A stretch of DNA of 64,000 nt from Eledone cirrhosa (GCA_964016885.1 OZ024742.1:200942001-201006000); one strand, 5' to 3'. Counted from the stretch's first letter, positions 13,248 through 27,011 are shown. Program-made: numbers and translations. Notes: generated by a model not told the origin, from the letters alone.

Positions 13248-13819
13248 TTTTTGAATTTGAATTTTAAATGTTGATACAATGTGGCAGTAAACATTAATCA
13301 TTGAGCTAATTAGGAGCTATTATGTTCTCCTATCTCGCGATAAGTGGTCACACGTTGCAAACTAGTTGAGGTTGTCTTCTATTTATATTCAAATGAGTAA
13401 TCACTCACTGCATTGTTCTCTTTCAAAGCAGTCGCTGATTGATATACTAGAAATTCAGAAAATCATTTGGATTTGTACTAATAGTTGTGAATAGTTGTGC
13501 TATTTTTTGTACCGATAGGTGCGAGTAGTGAACTCATTTGCGATAGGTGCGAATAGTGTGCTCATTTGACATATGAAAATGACGTCTCTCGGCTTTTTTA
13601 TCGGCTTATTTATTTTGACTATTACAAATGAAAAATTTGTTTCCCTGCAAAAGTCTCGCCAAAATGGTCGCAAAAAAAATCGCAAAAGGTCACTTCATAC
13701 GTTTCGCGGCTTTCGAAAAAAGTCACCATATACGTTTCGCGGCTTTTTGATCGGCTTATTACTTTTTTGCCTGGCGCGAAAATGCAATACAGTTGTTTTT
13801 GGACTATGAACACTCAAAT

Positions 13820-14155
13820 GATGAAATCGACAAAAATGGCGTGTGAGAAGAAAATCAAAAAATTTGCATATGAAAAATCGACAAAAAATGGCGCGCGTGA
13901 AGAAAATACAAAAATCCAAAAAAAATTATCATGTGAAAAATTGACAAAAAATCGACAAAAATGGCGTGCGTGAAGAAAATCCAAAAATCCAAAAAAAAAT
14001 TATCATGTGAAAAATTGACAAAAAATCGACAAAAATGGCGCGCGTGAAAAAAAATCAAAAAAACCCAAAAAAATTTGCATGTGAAAAATTGACAAAAAAT
14101 CGACCAAAAATGGCGCGCGTGAAAAAAATCCCAAAAAAATTTGCATGTGAAAATT
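13820..14155. repeat. About 72-bp A-rich tandem repeat, 4-5 units
   Basis: Recurring aaaatcgacaaaaatggcgcgcgtgaa...catgtgaaaaattgac. Confidence 0.85.
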
Positions 14156-14626
14156 GATATTTGCCTTCTATTGCATTAGAATTTGTCATGTTTAATTAAA
14201 ATGTTATTTTCAACTAAATGCAAATGGTGCAAATTTGCTCCATTTAGATTCAGTTGTTATTGCTCACCTACTAATTTAAAAAAATTGTATTTTCTTAAAT
14301 GACTCTTATTTATCATAAGTTAATATTTTTAAGATAGGTGAGTGCTCCACGATCTGACCTATGTCCCCGCCATGTGGAGTGGATGCTTGTACCAATTAGA
14401 TAAAATATCTCAACTTATTTCTGTGACTCCAATGCACAGGCTGACACTGTAGCTTGAATTAAATTCAAAATTGGTACAAGTAACTAAGAGGTCACAAAAG
14501 AATAGCTTCACTTTCACCTATAGTTTTCATTAACATCATTTTTGGGATTTTTTGATAGAAGTAACTAAAGTAATAACTATTTAATTATTAAGTAGTTATT
14601 GTTTGCATTGCCTTGAAAAATAGGAA

Positions 14627-15743
14627 ACTAGCTAGAAAAATGCGTACAGCAAAAAAAAGTAATATTGTTGGAACAAACCTTTAAAAATACAGGACAAGGA
14701 AGTAAGATAAACCTTTAAAAATACAGGACAAAGAACTAAGATAAAACTTTAAAAGAATAGGACAAGGAATATAAATTTTTACAATAATATTAGTGGCAAA
14801 AATTTTATTGGAAAAATAGATAATTGATCAAATAAAAGTGATTTATTTGAGTAACATGAAATTACTTAATGAGAAATATCAATACAATGAAATTGATCCC
14901 TGTCTTGTGTTCCTCCTCCAAGTCCGAGTTGTACCAACTGGTTCATTGGTTCATGAGGAAGTGGGCCAGGAAAAATGTAGGAAAAGTCATCATGGTTCAT
15001 TTCTGTTCTTCCCTTCTACTCGAGCCCCCTCAGCGCCTGCATCCCCCAGCTACAATGACTCCCAAATCAGCAGTCTGTTGCTCCTGCACCAACGCCTCCA
15101 CCTCCTCCCCCCTCGTCGCCTGCTTCAACTTTCATCATTGCTGCGCCAACATGCCCAGTGCTGTCTGGAAGTGGTTCAACGAGTCCGGCGCCGGCTTCAC
15201 CTGCTTCAAGTGCTCTCCCAGGAAGAAGCACTCTGCCCTATCCACCTGCCCTTCTACCACTGCCCATGAAGCCAGTCCGGAACCGTCAACCGTGCCTCAA
15301 AGTGTCATCGAGGACCAGCAGGATTCCGAGTCGAGCACGGGCCCATTCACCTTGGTCACTCGCCGTCATCGTCCCAGAGTCAAGACCCGTACCCCTCCCT
15401 CTCCCCCTCCAGTTCCTGCTCCGACCCAGTCCGAGTTGCGCCGGGTCATCCGCGAGGAGTTGGACCGGGAAAGATGACAGACAAGTGATCATGGTTGGAG
15501 TGGATGCATGCGGAACATCATAGTTGTAATTGGTGTAATGATGGAAACTCAATTTTTTACCAATTGAATTTTGCCACTAATATTATTGTAAAAATTTATA
15601 TTCCTTGTCCTATTCTTTTAAAGTTTTATCTTAGTTCTTTGTCCTGTATTTTTAAAGGTTTATCTTACTTCCTTGTCCTGTATTTTTAAAGGTTTGTTCC
15701 AACAATATTACTTTTTTTTGCTGTACGCATTTTTCTAGCTAGT
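14627..15743. mobile_element. Foldback-like unit: about 175-bp inverted repeats (14627-14801 / 15569-15743) around a GC-rich PHD-coding fragment
   Basis: Arms are near-exact reverse complements and contain internal aaacctttaaaaatacaggacaa subrepeats. No TSD seen. Confidence 0.75.
15054..15477 (+). pseudogene. PHD-finger ORF fragment resembling CR1/L2-group LINE ORF1
   Basis: CCSC...C..FHHCC...W...FTCFKC, then FTLVTRR and ELRRVIREELDRER. Confidence 0.5.
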
Positions 15744-15892
15744 ATACTTAAGAATACACGAGTATGGAATCATTTCCTACACACGTACAGCCATCTATTT
15801 ATTCGTTAATCATTACCTACTTACTTACCTACCTACCTATCTAACTACCTATCTAACTACCTATCTAACTACCTTTCTATCTATCTATCTAT

Positions 15893-18293
15893 CCTCGGAC
15901 AAGGAGGCGAAGTCCTGCGAGGAACCGATTTCAGCCGCTGAGATAGAGGACGTGCTGAGCCAATGCGGCAAGCGCAAATCCCCGGGTTTCGATGGTCTTC
16001 CATACGAACTATATCTAGCTATGCCGGACTTGTTCCCCGATCTCCTCGAGGCGGTCTACTGCAACTGGCAAAAGAACGGGAGAATTCCCTGTGCTGTGAC
16101 CAAGGGCGTAGTCACGCTAGTGAGGAAGGACGAGAACAAGGGGGACGATATAAATAATTTCAGGCCCATAACTCTGCTAAATACAGAGTTACAGATTTTG
16201 GCCAAGGTGCTAGCAAAGAGGTTGGCGCTTGTCCTGGGCAACCTGGTGGGAGATGCGCAGACATGTGCTATCCCGTCCAGGTCCATCCACGACAACCTCC
16301 ACCTCATGCGATACATCATAGACAGGGTTTGGAACGAACCCGGCTTTGGTGGGGCCCTGATCAACTTGGATCAATCTAAGGCGTTCGATAGGGTCGACCA
16401 TGGTTACCTGGATGCGGTGCTAGCGGCTGCAGGCTTCGGACCCGTTTACAGGGGCTGGATCACTGCCATGCACAGCAGCCGCATCTGCTCTAGAGTCAAG
16501 GTGAACGGCTACCTCTCGGAGCCGTAGGAAATAACGCGGTCCATCCGACAAGGGTGCCCTCTCTCCTCCCATCTGTATGTGATGACTCTAGAGCCACTGC
16601 TGCGTAAATTGGAGTTGTTGCAGGGCATCCCGTTGGAACCGGGATTGCGGAAAGCGGTGTCGGCCTACGCCGATGACGTAATAGTAATGGTGTCGATGGC
16701 CTCGGAAATCGGGGCGATCGGCACCTTACTGGAGGGGTACGAAAGGTTTACAGGGGCTAAGCTGAACCGGGACAAGTCGATCGGCTTGCAACTCGGCACG
16801 TGGGGGGGCAAATCGATGCCCTCCGATGGCGTCGTCGGGCGCTGGACGGAGGGCCCGGTGAAGTTGTTGGGGGTCTGGTTCGGACCAGACCTCCAGGTGG
16901 AGAAGAACTGGGGTGAGGTAACGAACTGGGTTTTTGCACTGACCCAGAAGTGGGCCGAGTGCAAACTGTCCCTGAAAGGTCGGGCGGAGGTGGCGAACAC
17001 TTATATAGCGTCCGTCATCTACTACCTGACCGTCGTACCTTGCCCAAGGGAAACGCTCGCCAAAATGGAGCGCGCACTCTTCCAATTCCTTTGGAAGAAG
17101 CGGGCTTCTATGGTGAGGAGATCCATCTGCTGTCAACACTCTTCGAAAGGAGGTCTGGGGATGCCGTGGCTGATGATGCGTAAACACGCATTAAGGCTAC
17201 GGCGCCTCCAGGTATTCTTCACAGGTCAACCGGTGTGGGCCCCGTTTGTGAGGCGAGCCTTTCCCAGACTCGTCTCGCTCACCGAGCTGCAAAGACCGAG
17301 AAACTGGGCACCTGGCACACCGTGTGTTCCCAGGCGCTCACGGCTCTCTGGCAGGCGGACCCGGCTGTCAGTGGAGGATCCACCTCGTCATTCTATAGAG
17401 GGCTGGTGGTTAGCAGGTGCGAAGACGCCCTCAGAGAAGCCCTAGGCATGGAGGAAAACGAACTGGCCAACCTGTTCGGTAGGACATTCAGCCCGGGACC
17501 TAAGGATAACTTCAAGAGGTCCCTGGCCTGGCAGTGCTACCGAGGGGCTCTGCCCGTTCGAGAAAGGCTCTACAGACAAGGGTGCCTGGGTAGAGACCCG
17601 TCGAAAAAGATCTGTCCCAGATGCGTGTGCGACGAGGAAACCGTTGCACACGCATTGGTACACTGCTCGGGCATTGCCGATCTGTGGGGCTATGTCGAAA
17701 GACTGCTGTCACGGGTGGGACCGATCCGGTTGCCTCGAATCTATTGTAACGATCAAGCCACCTGCCCTCTTCAAAAACGAAGGAGAGGCGGTGTTTCTGT
17801 GCGTAATAGCCATGGTGAAAGTGGTCGTATGGTGAACGCTTCTGAAAGAACTGTGGTCAGACACCTTTCTCTCTGCCAACAACTGGTCCGTTTCTTCCGA
17901 TATCATTTCGGAAGAAGGACCAGGATGGAGAGAGAGGTGCTGCACCCCAGTTGTTTTTATGAAAGATGGGTGAAAGTGGCGAGAATGGCCCGTGTGAATG
18001 GGCCTTCACGCTACATCAGACTGTAGGTGAGTAAGATGAAAGATCAAGGGAGAATCCTCTCTCTGTGCTCCTGAGGAGAAGGGTTGCACACTTTTTCGGG
18101 GGTGTGTGCGACCCCCCAATGCGCCTCCTCCCTATTGAGGATTTTGTTATTCAATTTATTTTTGTTATATTTTATATATTATATTTTTATATTTTGTTAT
18201 TGCCTCCTCCATATTGAGGACGCCTTTTTATGTAAACTCCCCCCATTGTACTTGTACCACTCTTTGATGCCCTGGTGGCAAATAAAAAGAAAG

Positions 18294-18296
<3 letters not shown>
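15893..18296 (+). mobile_element. Tx1 copy B (5'-truncated upstream of RT)
   Basis: RT and C-terminal CCHC (CPRC..EETVAHALVHC). Flanked by (CTAC/CTAT)n at 15813-15892 and (TATC)n at 18296-18376. Confidence 0.93.
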
Positions 18297-18376
<80 letters not shown>

Positions 18377-21300
18377 GATGCACGATGGGACTATGTGGGA
18401 GCATGTCCCAGTAGAGCGGGGTGCAACAGCCTCAAAACTTTAATCGGCCAATTCCAACTGCACCACAGTGGACGTGGGCAAACCGCAGTGGGACATCTAG
18501 ATCGTATTTAGATAGGTTCTTCATTAGAGAAAGGGACAAGGAGATGTTAAGCTGTACACGAATGCACATGGTTGCCTATTCAGATCACAAGTTAGTCGTC
18601 TGCTTAGTCAACCGTGATAGAATACATAGACAGAGACCCAGATGCTGGAAGCTGAACGTGTCGTTGCCGGCACGTAAAGCTTACAGTGAACGGATAAGTA
18701 TACTAGTCAAGCAACAGTTAACGGGAGCCATCGTCAACAATAGATGGTGGTACTCTCTTAAGAAAGCAATTAGAATAGAATCGATAGGGTATAGCAGAGA
18801 GTTAGCCTTAGAGAAAAACAGAATAGAAAGAGAACTAGTAGCCATGGTAGAGGAGGCACTTAGAAGTGGCAACGCGGCTAGAGTGTTAGCGTCGAGAACG
18901 GCACTGGACCAGTTCTTCGATGCGAAACACGAAGGCTGCGTGGTCAGAAGCAAAACACGTGCTCTAGGAAACGAAGGATCGAAAGCTGTCAGCTGGGCCC
19001 GAGTGGCGGAGGTGAAAAGTGGCAACAAGTCCACGATTCGGTCTTTGAAAGACCAAAACGGACGAGTTCTGCGAAAGACCGATCACGGACACTGAGATAC
19101 GCAACGCTCTGGGTCGCTGCGGGAAACGCAAGTGACCCGGTCTAGATGGTCTACCCTACGAATTTTACATAGGCAGGCCGATTTGTTCTCTAGCGTCCTC
19201 GAAGCCGTCTACTGCAATTGACAGCAGAACGGGAGATTTCCCAGTTCTGCAGGCAAGGGCGTAGTAACGCTGACAGGAAAGACAAGAACAAGGGGGACGA
19301 ATTTAACAACTTCAGGCCCATAACTCTGCTCAACACAGAGTTAAAGATTTGGGCCAAGGTGCAAGTGACGAGGCTGGCGCTTGTCGTCGAGAACCTGGTA
19401 GGGAAAGCGCAAACCTGTGCAATCCCGACCAGGTCCATACACGACAACCTCCACCTCATGCGATACATCATAGAGAGGGTGGGTAGTAAACCCGGCTTCG
19501 GTGGGGTTCTGATCAATTTGGATCAGTCTAAGGCATTCGATAGGGTCGACCATCGATACTTGGAAGCGGTTCTCAAGGCGGCCGGTTTGGGTCCCGTTTT
19601 CAGAGGCTGGATCGAGGCCATGCACACTAGCATCTGCTCGAGGGTCAAGCTGAACGGCTACCTATCGGAGCCGTTCCATTCGACAGGGGTGCCCTCTCTC
19701 CCCCATGCTGTATGTATTGACTCTAGAGCCACTACTGCGGAAATTGGAGCTGTTGCAGGGCATCCCTCTAGAACCTGGACTGCGCAAAGCGGCGTCGGCT
19801 TATGCCGACGACGTGACGGTAATGGTGTCGAGCACCTCGGAAATCGGGGTGATCGGCAACTTACTGAAAGAATACGAAACGCTGACGGGAGCAAAACTAA
19901 ACCCGGACAAGTCTGTCGGTTTGCAACTCGGTATGTGGAGAGGCAAACCGATGACGTCCGACAGCGTCGTTGGACGCTGGATGGACGGACCGGTGAAATT
20001 GCTCGGGATCTGGTTCGGTCCAGACCTCCAGGTGGAGAAAAACTGGAACGAGGTCACAGCCAAGGTGTTTGCACTCACCCTGAAGTGGGCAGAGGGCAAA
20101 CTGTCCTTGAAAGGTCGAGTGGAGGTGGCGAACACTTTCATAGCATCCGTCATCTACTACCGCTTGACTGTCGTGCCTTGTCCCCATGAACACCTCGCCT
20201 AGATGGAACGCATGCTCTTCCAGTTTCTGTGGAAGAAGCAGGCTCCGCTGGTGAGGAGATCCGCCTGCTGTCAGCACCCTTCCAACAGAGGGCTGGGAAT
20301 GCCGTGACTGATGATGCGCAAACATGCGCTGAGGCTGCGGCATCTCCAGGTATTCCTCACCGACCCCCAACCGGTGTGGGCACCGTTTGTGAGACAGGCT
20401 TTCCCACAGCTCGGCTCGCTGACGGAGCTGCAATCCTGCGTGAAGAAATGACCGAAAACGATGGGCGCCTGGCACATTGAATGCGCTCAGGCGCTCACAG
20501 ACCTCTGGCAAGCGGGCGCAGCAATCAGTGGAGTCTCCACTTCGACATTCTATAGAGGGATTGTACGTTACAAGGGCGACGACATGCTCGGAGAGACTCT
20601 GGGCGTCGACGACGATGAGCTCACCAGTCTGTCTGGTAGGACTTTCCGCCCGGGACCTATGGACAACTTCCAGAGGTCCCTGGCCTGGCAGTGCTACCGA
20701 GGAGCTCTACCGATTCGTGACAAAATCTACAGGCACGGACGCCCCGGCAGGGATCCTTCCAAGAGGACGTGTCCAAGATGCGCGCAGGACATTGAAACAG
20801 TCCTGCACGCAATTGTACACTGCCCGGGCGTAACCGACCTGTGGAACTATGCAGAACAACTGCTGTCGCGTATGGGACAAATCCAGTTGACTTCCGAGTC
20901 CATAGTAAGGATCAAAGCGCCAGCCTCTTTCAAAAACGAAAGAGAGGCGGTTTTCCTCTGTACGGTGGCTATGGTGAAAGAAGTTATATGGTGGATGAGG
21001 TTGAGAGGACTGAGGACAGATGCCTTTCACTCCGGACAACAATTAATTCCCTTCTTTAAGTATCACTTTAGAAGGAGAATTAGGGTGGAGAGAGCGGCAC
21101 TGCACCCCAGTAAATTTACTGAAGGTTGGTGAATGAAGCGAAAATGGCCCGACTGATTGGGCCTTCTCTGTTTATAAGCCTGTAGGTTGAGGAAGAGAGC
21201 AAAAGGAAGAAAGGAGCACTTGCACAACACGCTCCTGGAGTTGAGGGTTTTTCTATCGACGGGGTATTAAACAACCCATTTGTGGCGCCTCCCCCCTATT

Positions 21301-21420
21301 GGGGATTTCGATTGTTGTAATTGTTTGTTTTTATATTTTTTACACGACTGTATGTAAAATCCCCGGCATGTCTTTGTATAGTCCCCTTTTCTTGTGCGCC
21401 CTTGTGACTAATAAAGAAAT
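18377..21420 (+). mobile_element. Tx1 copy C (5'-truncated in APE)
   Basis: Starts at LDARWDYVG directly after (TATC)n; RT and CCHC; AATAAA at about 21410 then tatc/(tatg)n. Confidence 0.93.
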
Positions 21421-21587
21421 ATATCTATCTACTCATGTACTTATCTATTTATGTATGTATGTATTATGTATGTATGTATGTATGTATGTATGTATGTATG
21501 TATGTATGTATGTATGCATCTATCTATCTATCTATATATCTGCCTATCTTTCTATCTATCTATCTATCTATTATCTTTTTTTTTTTG

Positions 21588-21818
21588 CTTCGAACTGTTT
21601 CTCGTTTAATTTGCAAGGGAGAGCCGCGGAAATCTAAAATCAAAAAAAAAAAAAGATAGATATATTTCTTTCTTTATTTATTGTTTAAATAAATAAATAA
21701 ATAAACAATAAATAAAGAAAAACGGAAAAAATGAAACGAAATTTCATTTATCTATCTTTTTTTTGTTTTTTAGATTCCGCGGCTCTCCCTTGCAAATTAA
21801 ACGAGAAACATTTCGAAG
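21588..21818. repeat. Nested inverted repeat at the 5' end of Tx1 copy D
   Basis: cttcgaactgtttctcgtttaatttgcaagggagagccgcgg is mirrored at 21767-21818; inner pair tttctttatttattgttta / taaacaataaataaagaaa. Confidence 0.85.
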
Positions 21819-24800
21819 GACAGTAACCTTCCGAACTGTTTCAAATCAAACGAAAACACCGGTATTCCTTAGTCAAGGAGAAATTGAAACAACCCTGAAA
21901 GAGGCTGTGCCGGACATTGATTTTATGCAGAGGGCCAGACTATATGGAAGTGTTTCGGTACATTTTACAAGCGAGGCCCTCGCACAAAAGCATCCTGTTA
22001 CACCAGTCATCACAAAAGCACACACCTTTTCTCTACTTACATGGGAAAAAGAACTCAAAAGATTAAAATATATAATTGTTTCTACTTTAGGCACAAGGCC
22101 AGCAAATACCCAGTTCATTGCTGGTACTTTATTTTATCTAACCCGTAAGGATGAAAGGCAAAGTCAACCTCGGCGGGATTTGAACTCAGATTGTAAAGGG
22201 ACGTAACTCTGCTGGAAAGCATGGCGTTCAACCCTCTACCGATACTGTCAATCCACCGTTAAGATTAAAATAAATAATATACCACCAAACATCAACATTT
22301 GGTGGATCTTGGCCGATTTTATAGAGCCAGAAAGTGATACGATTCTTTCGGTCAGGAAATCGACCAGACAACGGTGGGCAGGGACAAATTTGGAAATTCT
22401 GATGGAAATGACACCAGAAAGAATTTCCAAAATCCCCGAAAGAGTGCTGGTCGACAAGCAGAACTACATCAACATCGTAACTGGGGGAAGAAAGCCACAC
22501 TGTTTTCGATGTGCAGCCACATCACACCTAAAAGCCTCCTGCCCTTTACAAACAAATCTTAAAAAAATAAAAGTACTTTTACCAACACAAACACGAAAAC
22601 AATCACCACCACCACCACCACCACCACCACCACCACCACCACCACCATCACCACCACCACAACAACAACAACAACAGACGAAACGAGCAAACACACCAAA
22701 GCAAACAGCCACTCAACCAACAACAACAGAAAAAACACAGACAACACCCCTGAAGAACACAGCCCGACCCATCCCACTCCATCAAACACTACCACAAACA
22801 CACACACCGAGACACCACCACCACACAAAATACCCCTACCGCACACTCCTGACGATGATTATTCATCGACAGATGAGGCTGCTTCTCCTTCTTTAAGTGA
22901 AGAAGAGGGAGAGCCACGGAAGTCTAAAAAACAAAAAAACACCAATCACTAACACCAACACAACCACAGACACAAACAACAACACAAACAACACCACAGT
23001 CAAACATCCCCCTACCAGCAAAACCAACACCAACACAAACCCCAAACACAAGCACCCACCATAAAAAGAAAACTCCCGGACGAACAACAAACTAAAACAA
23101 CACAAAAAAACACAAACAACAATACGCATACATCAACACAAACAACAAGAGTTTGATGGAGGTCATCTCCCAAAACCCCAAGGTGGAGACGGAGGGCAAA
23201 ACTTTCGTCAAGGCAGAATCGTCTCCACACCATAAACTTATAAGGGTTTCTATGGAAACCTATAATGACCTGAAAAATAAATTTTCACATAAACCCATCA
23301 ACCGCGTTCTGTTAAAATGTTTCCCCACCCAACACCCCATCCAGCACCCAAATGGAGATTGAACAACCCGATCTCCAAGAAACGAAAAGGCAAGTGCACC
23401 TTTTCGTCCTTTTTCTCCAACACTTCTTCACCAACATGGCTAGTTTACGAGTTGGAAGCGTGAATGTGCGTGGCCTAGGGATGCCCTGGAAACAGGGTCA
23501 ACTTTTAAACAACCTTAGGTCCCACGATATGGATGTGATAGCCATCACCGAGTCCAGGATCCACAACAGGCAGCAACTAACCCCCATCTTCGACGATTTT
23601 GAGATCTACGCATCTCTCTGTCAGCCAGGAGGCGGAGGGGGAGTGGATATCATGTTTCGGAAGAACCTGGACGTCGAAGTACAGCAAGTACACTTGGACC
23701 CGGAGGGTAAAGTGGTAGTCCTAGACGTGAACAGTATTGGAGGTGGAACCTTCAGACTGGTGGCCGTTTATGCCCGGACCGGGCAATCGCAATCACGGCC
23801 AGACTTCTTTAAGCGTCTAGAGCTTTTCTGGGAACGTCTCGCTCCTTACTTTTAGTGGGGGACTGGAATGGTATCCTAGATGCACGGTGGGAGTATGTGG
23901 GAGCGTGTCCCAGTTGAGCGGGGTGCAACAGCCTCAAAACTTTAATCGGCCAATTCCAACTGGCTGATAGGTATCGACTGGATTTCCCGACTGCACCACA
24001 GTGGACGTGGGCAAACCGCAGCGGGACATCTAGATCGTATTTAGATAGGTTCTTCATTAGAGAAAGGGACAAGGAGATGTTAAGCTGTCCACGAATGCAC
24101 ATGGTTGCCTATTCAGATCACGCATTAGTCGTCTGCTTAGTCAACTGTGATAGAACACATAGAGAAGGACCCGGATACTGGAAGCTGAAGGTGTCGTTGC
24201 TGGCACGTAAAGCTTACAGTGAACGGATAAGTAGACTAGTCAAGCAACAGTTAACGGGATCCAGCATCAACAATAAAGCAATTAGAATAGAATCGATGGG
24301 GTTTAGCAGAGAGTTAGCCTTAGAGAAAAACAAAATAGAAAGAGAACTAGTAGCCAACGTAGAGGGGTCACCGCGGCTAGAGTGTTAGCGTCGAGAACGG
24401 CACTGGAACAGTTCTTCGATACAAAAAACCAAGGCTGCGTGGTCAGAAGAAAAACACGTGCTCTAGGAAACGAAGGAGCAAAAGCTGTCAGCTGGGCTCG
24501 AGTGGCGGAGGCGAAAAGTGGCAACAAGTCCACGATTCGGTCTTTGAAAGACCAAAAACGGACGCGTGCTACTTGACCCTAAGCAAATGTGCGCGGCCTT
24601 TCAGCAGCACTTTGCGCGACTGTTTGAGCAGAACGACGGTTAGACGAACGGCGCAATGGACTTTAGTTCATACCGCGACGGCCTACCGCGTCTCTCGAAC
24701 ACGGACGCCGAGTTCTGCGAAAGACCGATCACGGACACTGAGATACGCGACGTTCTGGACTGCTGCGGGAAACGCAAGTTACCCGGTCTACATGGGCTAC

Positions 24801-27011
24801 CCTATGAGATTTACATAGGCATGCCGGACTTGTTCTCTGGCGTCCTCGAAGCCGTCTACTGCAATTGGCAGCAGAACGGGAGATTTCCCAGTTCTGCAGG
24901 CAAGGGCGTAGTAACGCTGACAGGAAAGACAAGAACAAGGGGGACGAATTTAACAACTTCAGGCCCATAACTCTGCTCAACACAGAGTTAAAGATTTGGG
25001 CCAAGGTGCTAGTGACGAGGCTGGCGCTTGTCGTCGAGAACCTGGTAGGGAAAGCGCAAACCTGTGCAATCCCGACCAGGTCCATACACGCCAAATTCCA
25101 CCTCATGCGATACATCATAGAGAGGGTGGGTAGTACACCCGGCTTCGGTGGGGCTCTGATCAACTTGGATCAGTCTAAGGCATTCGATAGGGTCGACCAT
25201 CGATACTTGGAAGCGGTTCTCAAGGCGGCCGTTTCTGTCCCATGTTCAGAGGATGGATCGAGGAGATGCACACCAGCAAGGTCAACGGCTACCTATCGGA
25301 GCGTTCGCAATCACGCGTTCCATTCGACAGGGGTGCCCCCTCTCCTCCATTCTGTATGTATTGACTCTAGAGCCACTACTGCCGAAATTTGAGCTGTTGC
25401 AGGGCATCCCTCTAGAACCTGGACTGCGCAAAGCGGCGTCGGCTTATGCCGACGACGTGACGGTAATGGGTACGAAAACCCTGGAAATTAAGGTAATCGC
25501 AACCTACTACAGGAATATGAAAGGTTCACAGGAGCAAAACTGAACCCAGACAAGTCTGTCGGTTTGCAACTCGGAACGTGGAGAGGCAAACCGATGCCGT
25601 CCGACAGCGTCGTTGGACGCTGGACGGAAGGAGCGGTGAAATTGCTCGGGGTCTGGTTCGGTCCAAACCTCCAGGTGGAGAAAACCTGGAACGAGGTCAT
25701 GGCCAAGGTAAATGCGCTCACCCAGAAGTGGGCAGAGTGCAAACTGTCCTTGAAAGGTCGAGCGGAGGTGGTGAACACTTTCATAGCATCCGTCATCTAC
25801 TACCGCTTGACTGTCGTGCCTTGTCCCCGTGAACACCTCGCCAAGATGGAACGCATTCTCTTCCAGTTTCTGTGGAAGAAGCAGGCTCCGCTGGTGAGGA
25901 GATCCGTCTGCTGTCAGCACCCTTCCAACGGAGTGCTGGGAATGCCGTCGCTGATGATGCGCAAACATGCGCTGAGGCTGCGGCATCTCCAGGTATTCCT
26001 CACCGATCCCCAACCGGTGTGGGGCACCGTTTGTGAGACATGCTTTCCCACAGCTCGTCTCACTGACGGAGCTGCAGTCCTGGGTGAAGAAAAGACCGAA
26101 AACGATGGGCACCTGGCACATTGAATGCGCTCAGGCGGTGGAGACTCCACTTCGACATTCTATAGAGGGATTGTACGTTACATGGGCGACGACGTGCTCA
26201 GAGAGACTCTGGACGTCGAAGACGACGAGCTCACCAGTCTGTTTAGTAGAAATTTCCGCCCGGGTCCTATGGACAACTTCCAGAGGTCCCTGGCCTGGCA
26301 GTGCTACTGAGGAGCTCTACCAGTTCGTGACAAAATCTACAGGCACAGACGCCCGGCAGGGATCCCTCCAAGAGGACGTGTCCAAGATGTGCGCAGCATA
26401 TTGAAACAGTTGCCCGGGCGTAATCGACCTGTCGAACTATGCAGAACAACTGCTGTCGCGTATGGGACAAATCCAGTTGACTGCCGAGTCCATAGTAACG
26501 ATCAAACCGCCAGCCTCTTTCAAAAACGAAAGAGGGGCGGTTTTCCTCTGTACAGTGGCTATATTGAAAGAAGTTATATGGTGGACGAGGTTGACAGGAC
26601 TGAGGACAGATGCCTTTCACTCCGGACAATAATTGATTCCCTTCTTTAAGTATCACTTTAGAAGGAGAATCAGAGTGGAGAGAGAGGCACTGCACCCCAG
26701 TAAATTTACTGAAAGGTGGGTAAATGAAGCGAAAATGGCCCGAGTGATTGGGCCTTCTCTGTTTATAAGCCTGTAGGTTGAGGAAGAGAGCAAAAGGAAG
26801 AAAGGTGCACTTGCACAACACGCTCCTGAAGTTGAGGGTTGTTCTATCGACGGGGTATTGAACAACCCATTTGTGGCGCCTCCCTCCTATTTGGGATTTC
26901 GATTATTGTAATTGTTTGTTTTTATATTTTTTACACGACAGTATGTAAAATCCCCGGCATGTCTTTGTATTGTCCCCTTTTCTTGTGCGCCCTTGTGGCA
27001 AATAAAGAAAT
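21770..27011 (+). mobile_element. Tx1 copy D (near full-length, decayed, SINE in ORF1)
   Basis: ORF1 with CFRCAATSHLKASCP; ORF2 ATG at 23436 (GSVNVRGLG), RT and C-terminus; AATAAA at 27001 then tatc repeats. Confidence 0.93.
22071..22260 (-). mobile_element. Complete tRNA-derived SINE with 12-bp TSD
   Basis: TSD aagattaaaata at 22059-22070 and 22261-22272; B-box gagttcaaatccc; central gcctttcatccttacggg..ataaaataaagtaccag (Meta-domain-like, from recall). Confidence 0.9.

Larger units (their letters stand above)
12290..14390 (+). mobile_element. HINE/DINE-1-like non-autonomous Helentron with internal tandem repeats
   Basis: 5' tatcctaaa plus hairpin ctaaaccgac-ggta-gtcggtttag; near-complementary tttaagata at 14328-14336; 3' hairpin ctccac..gtggag; ends cttgt. 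Confidence 0.55.
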
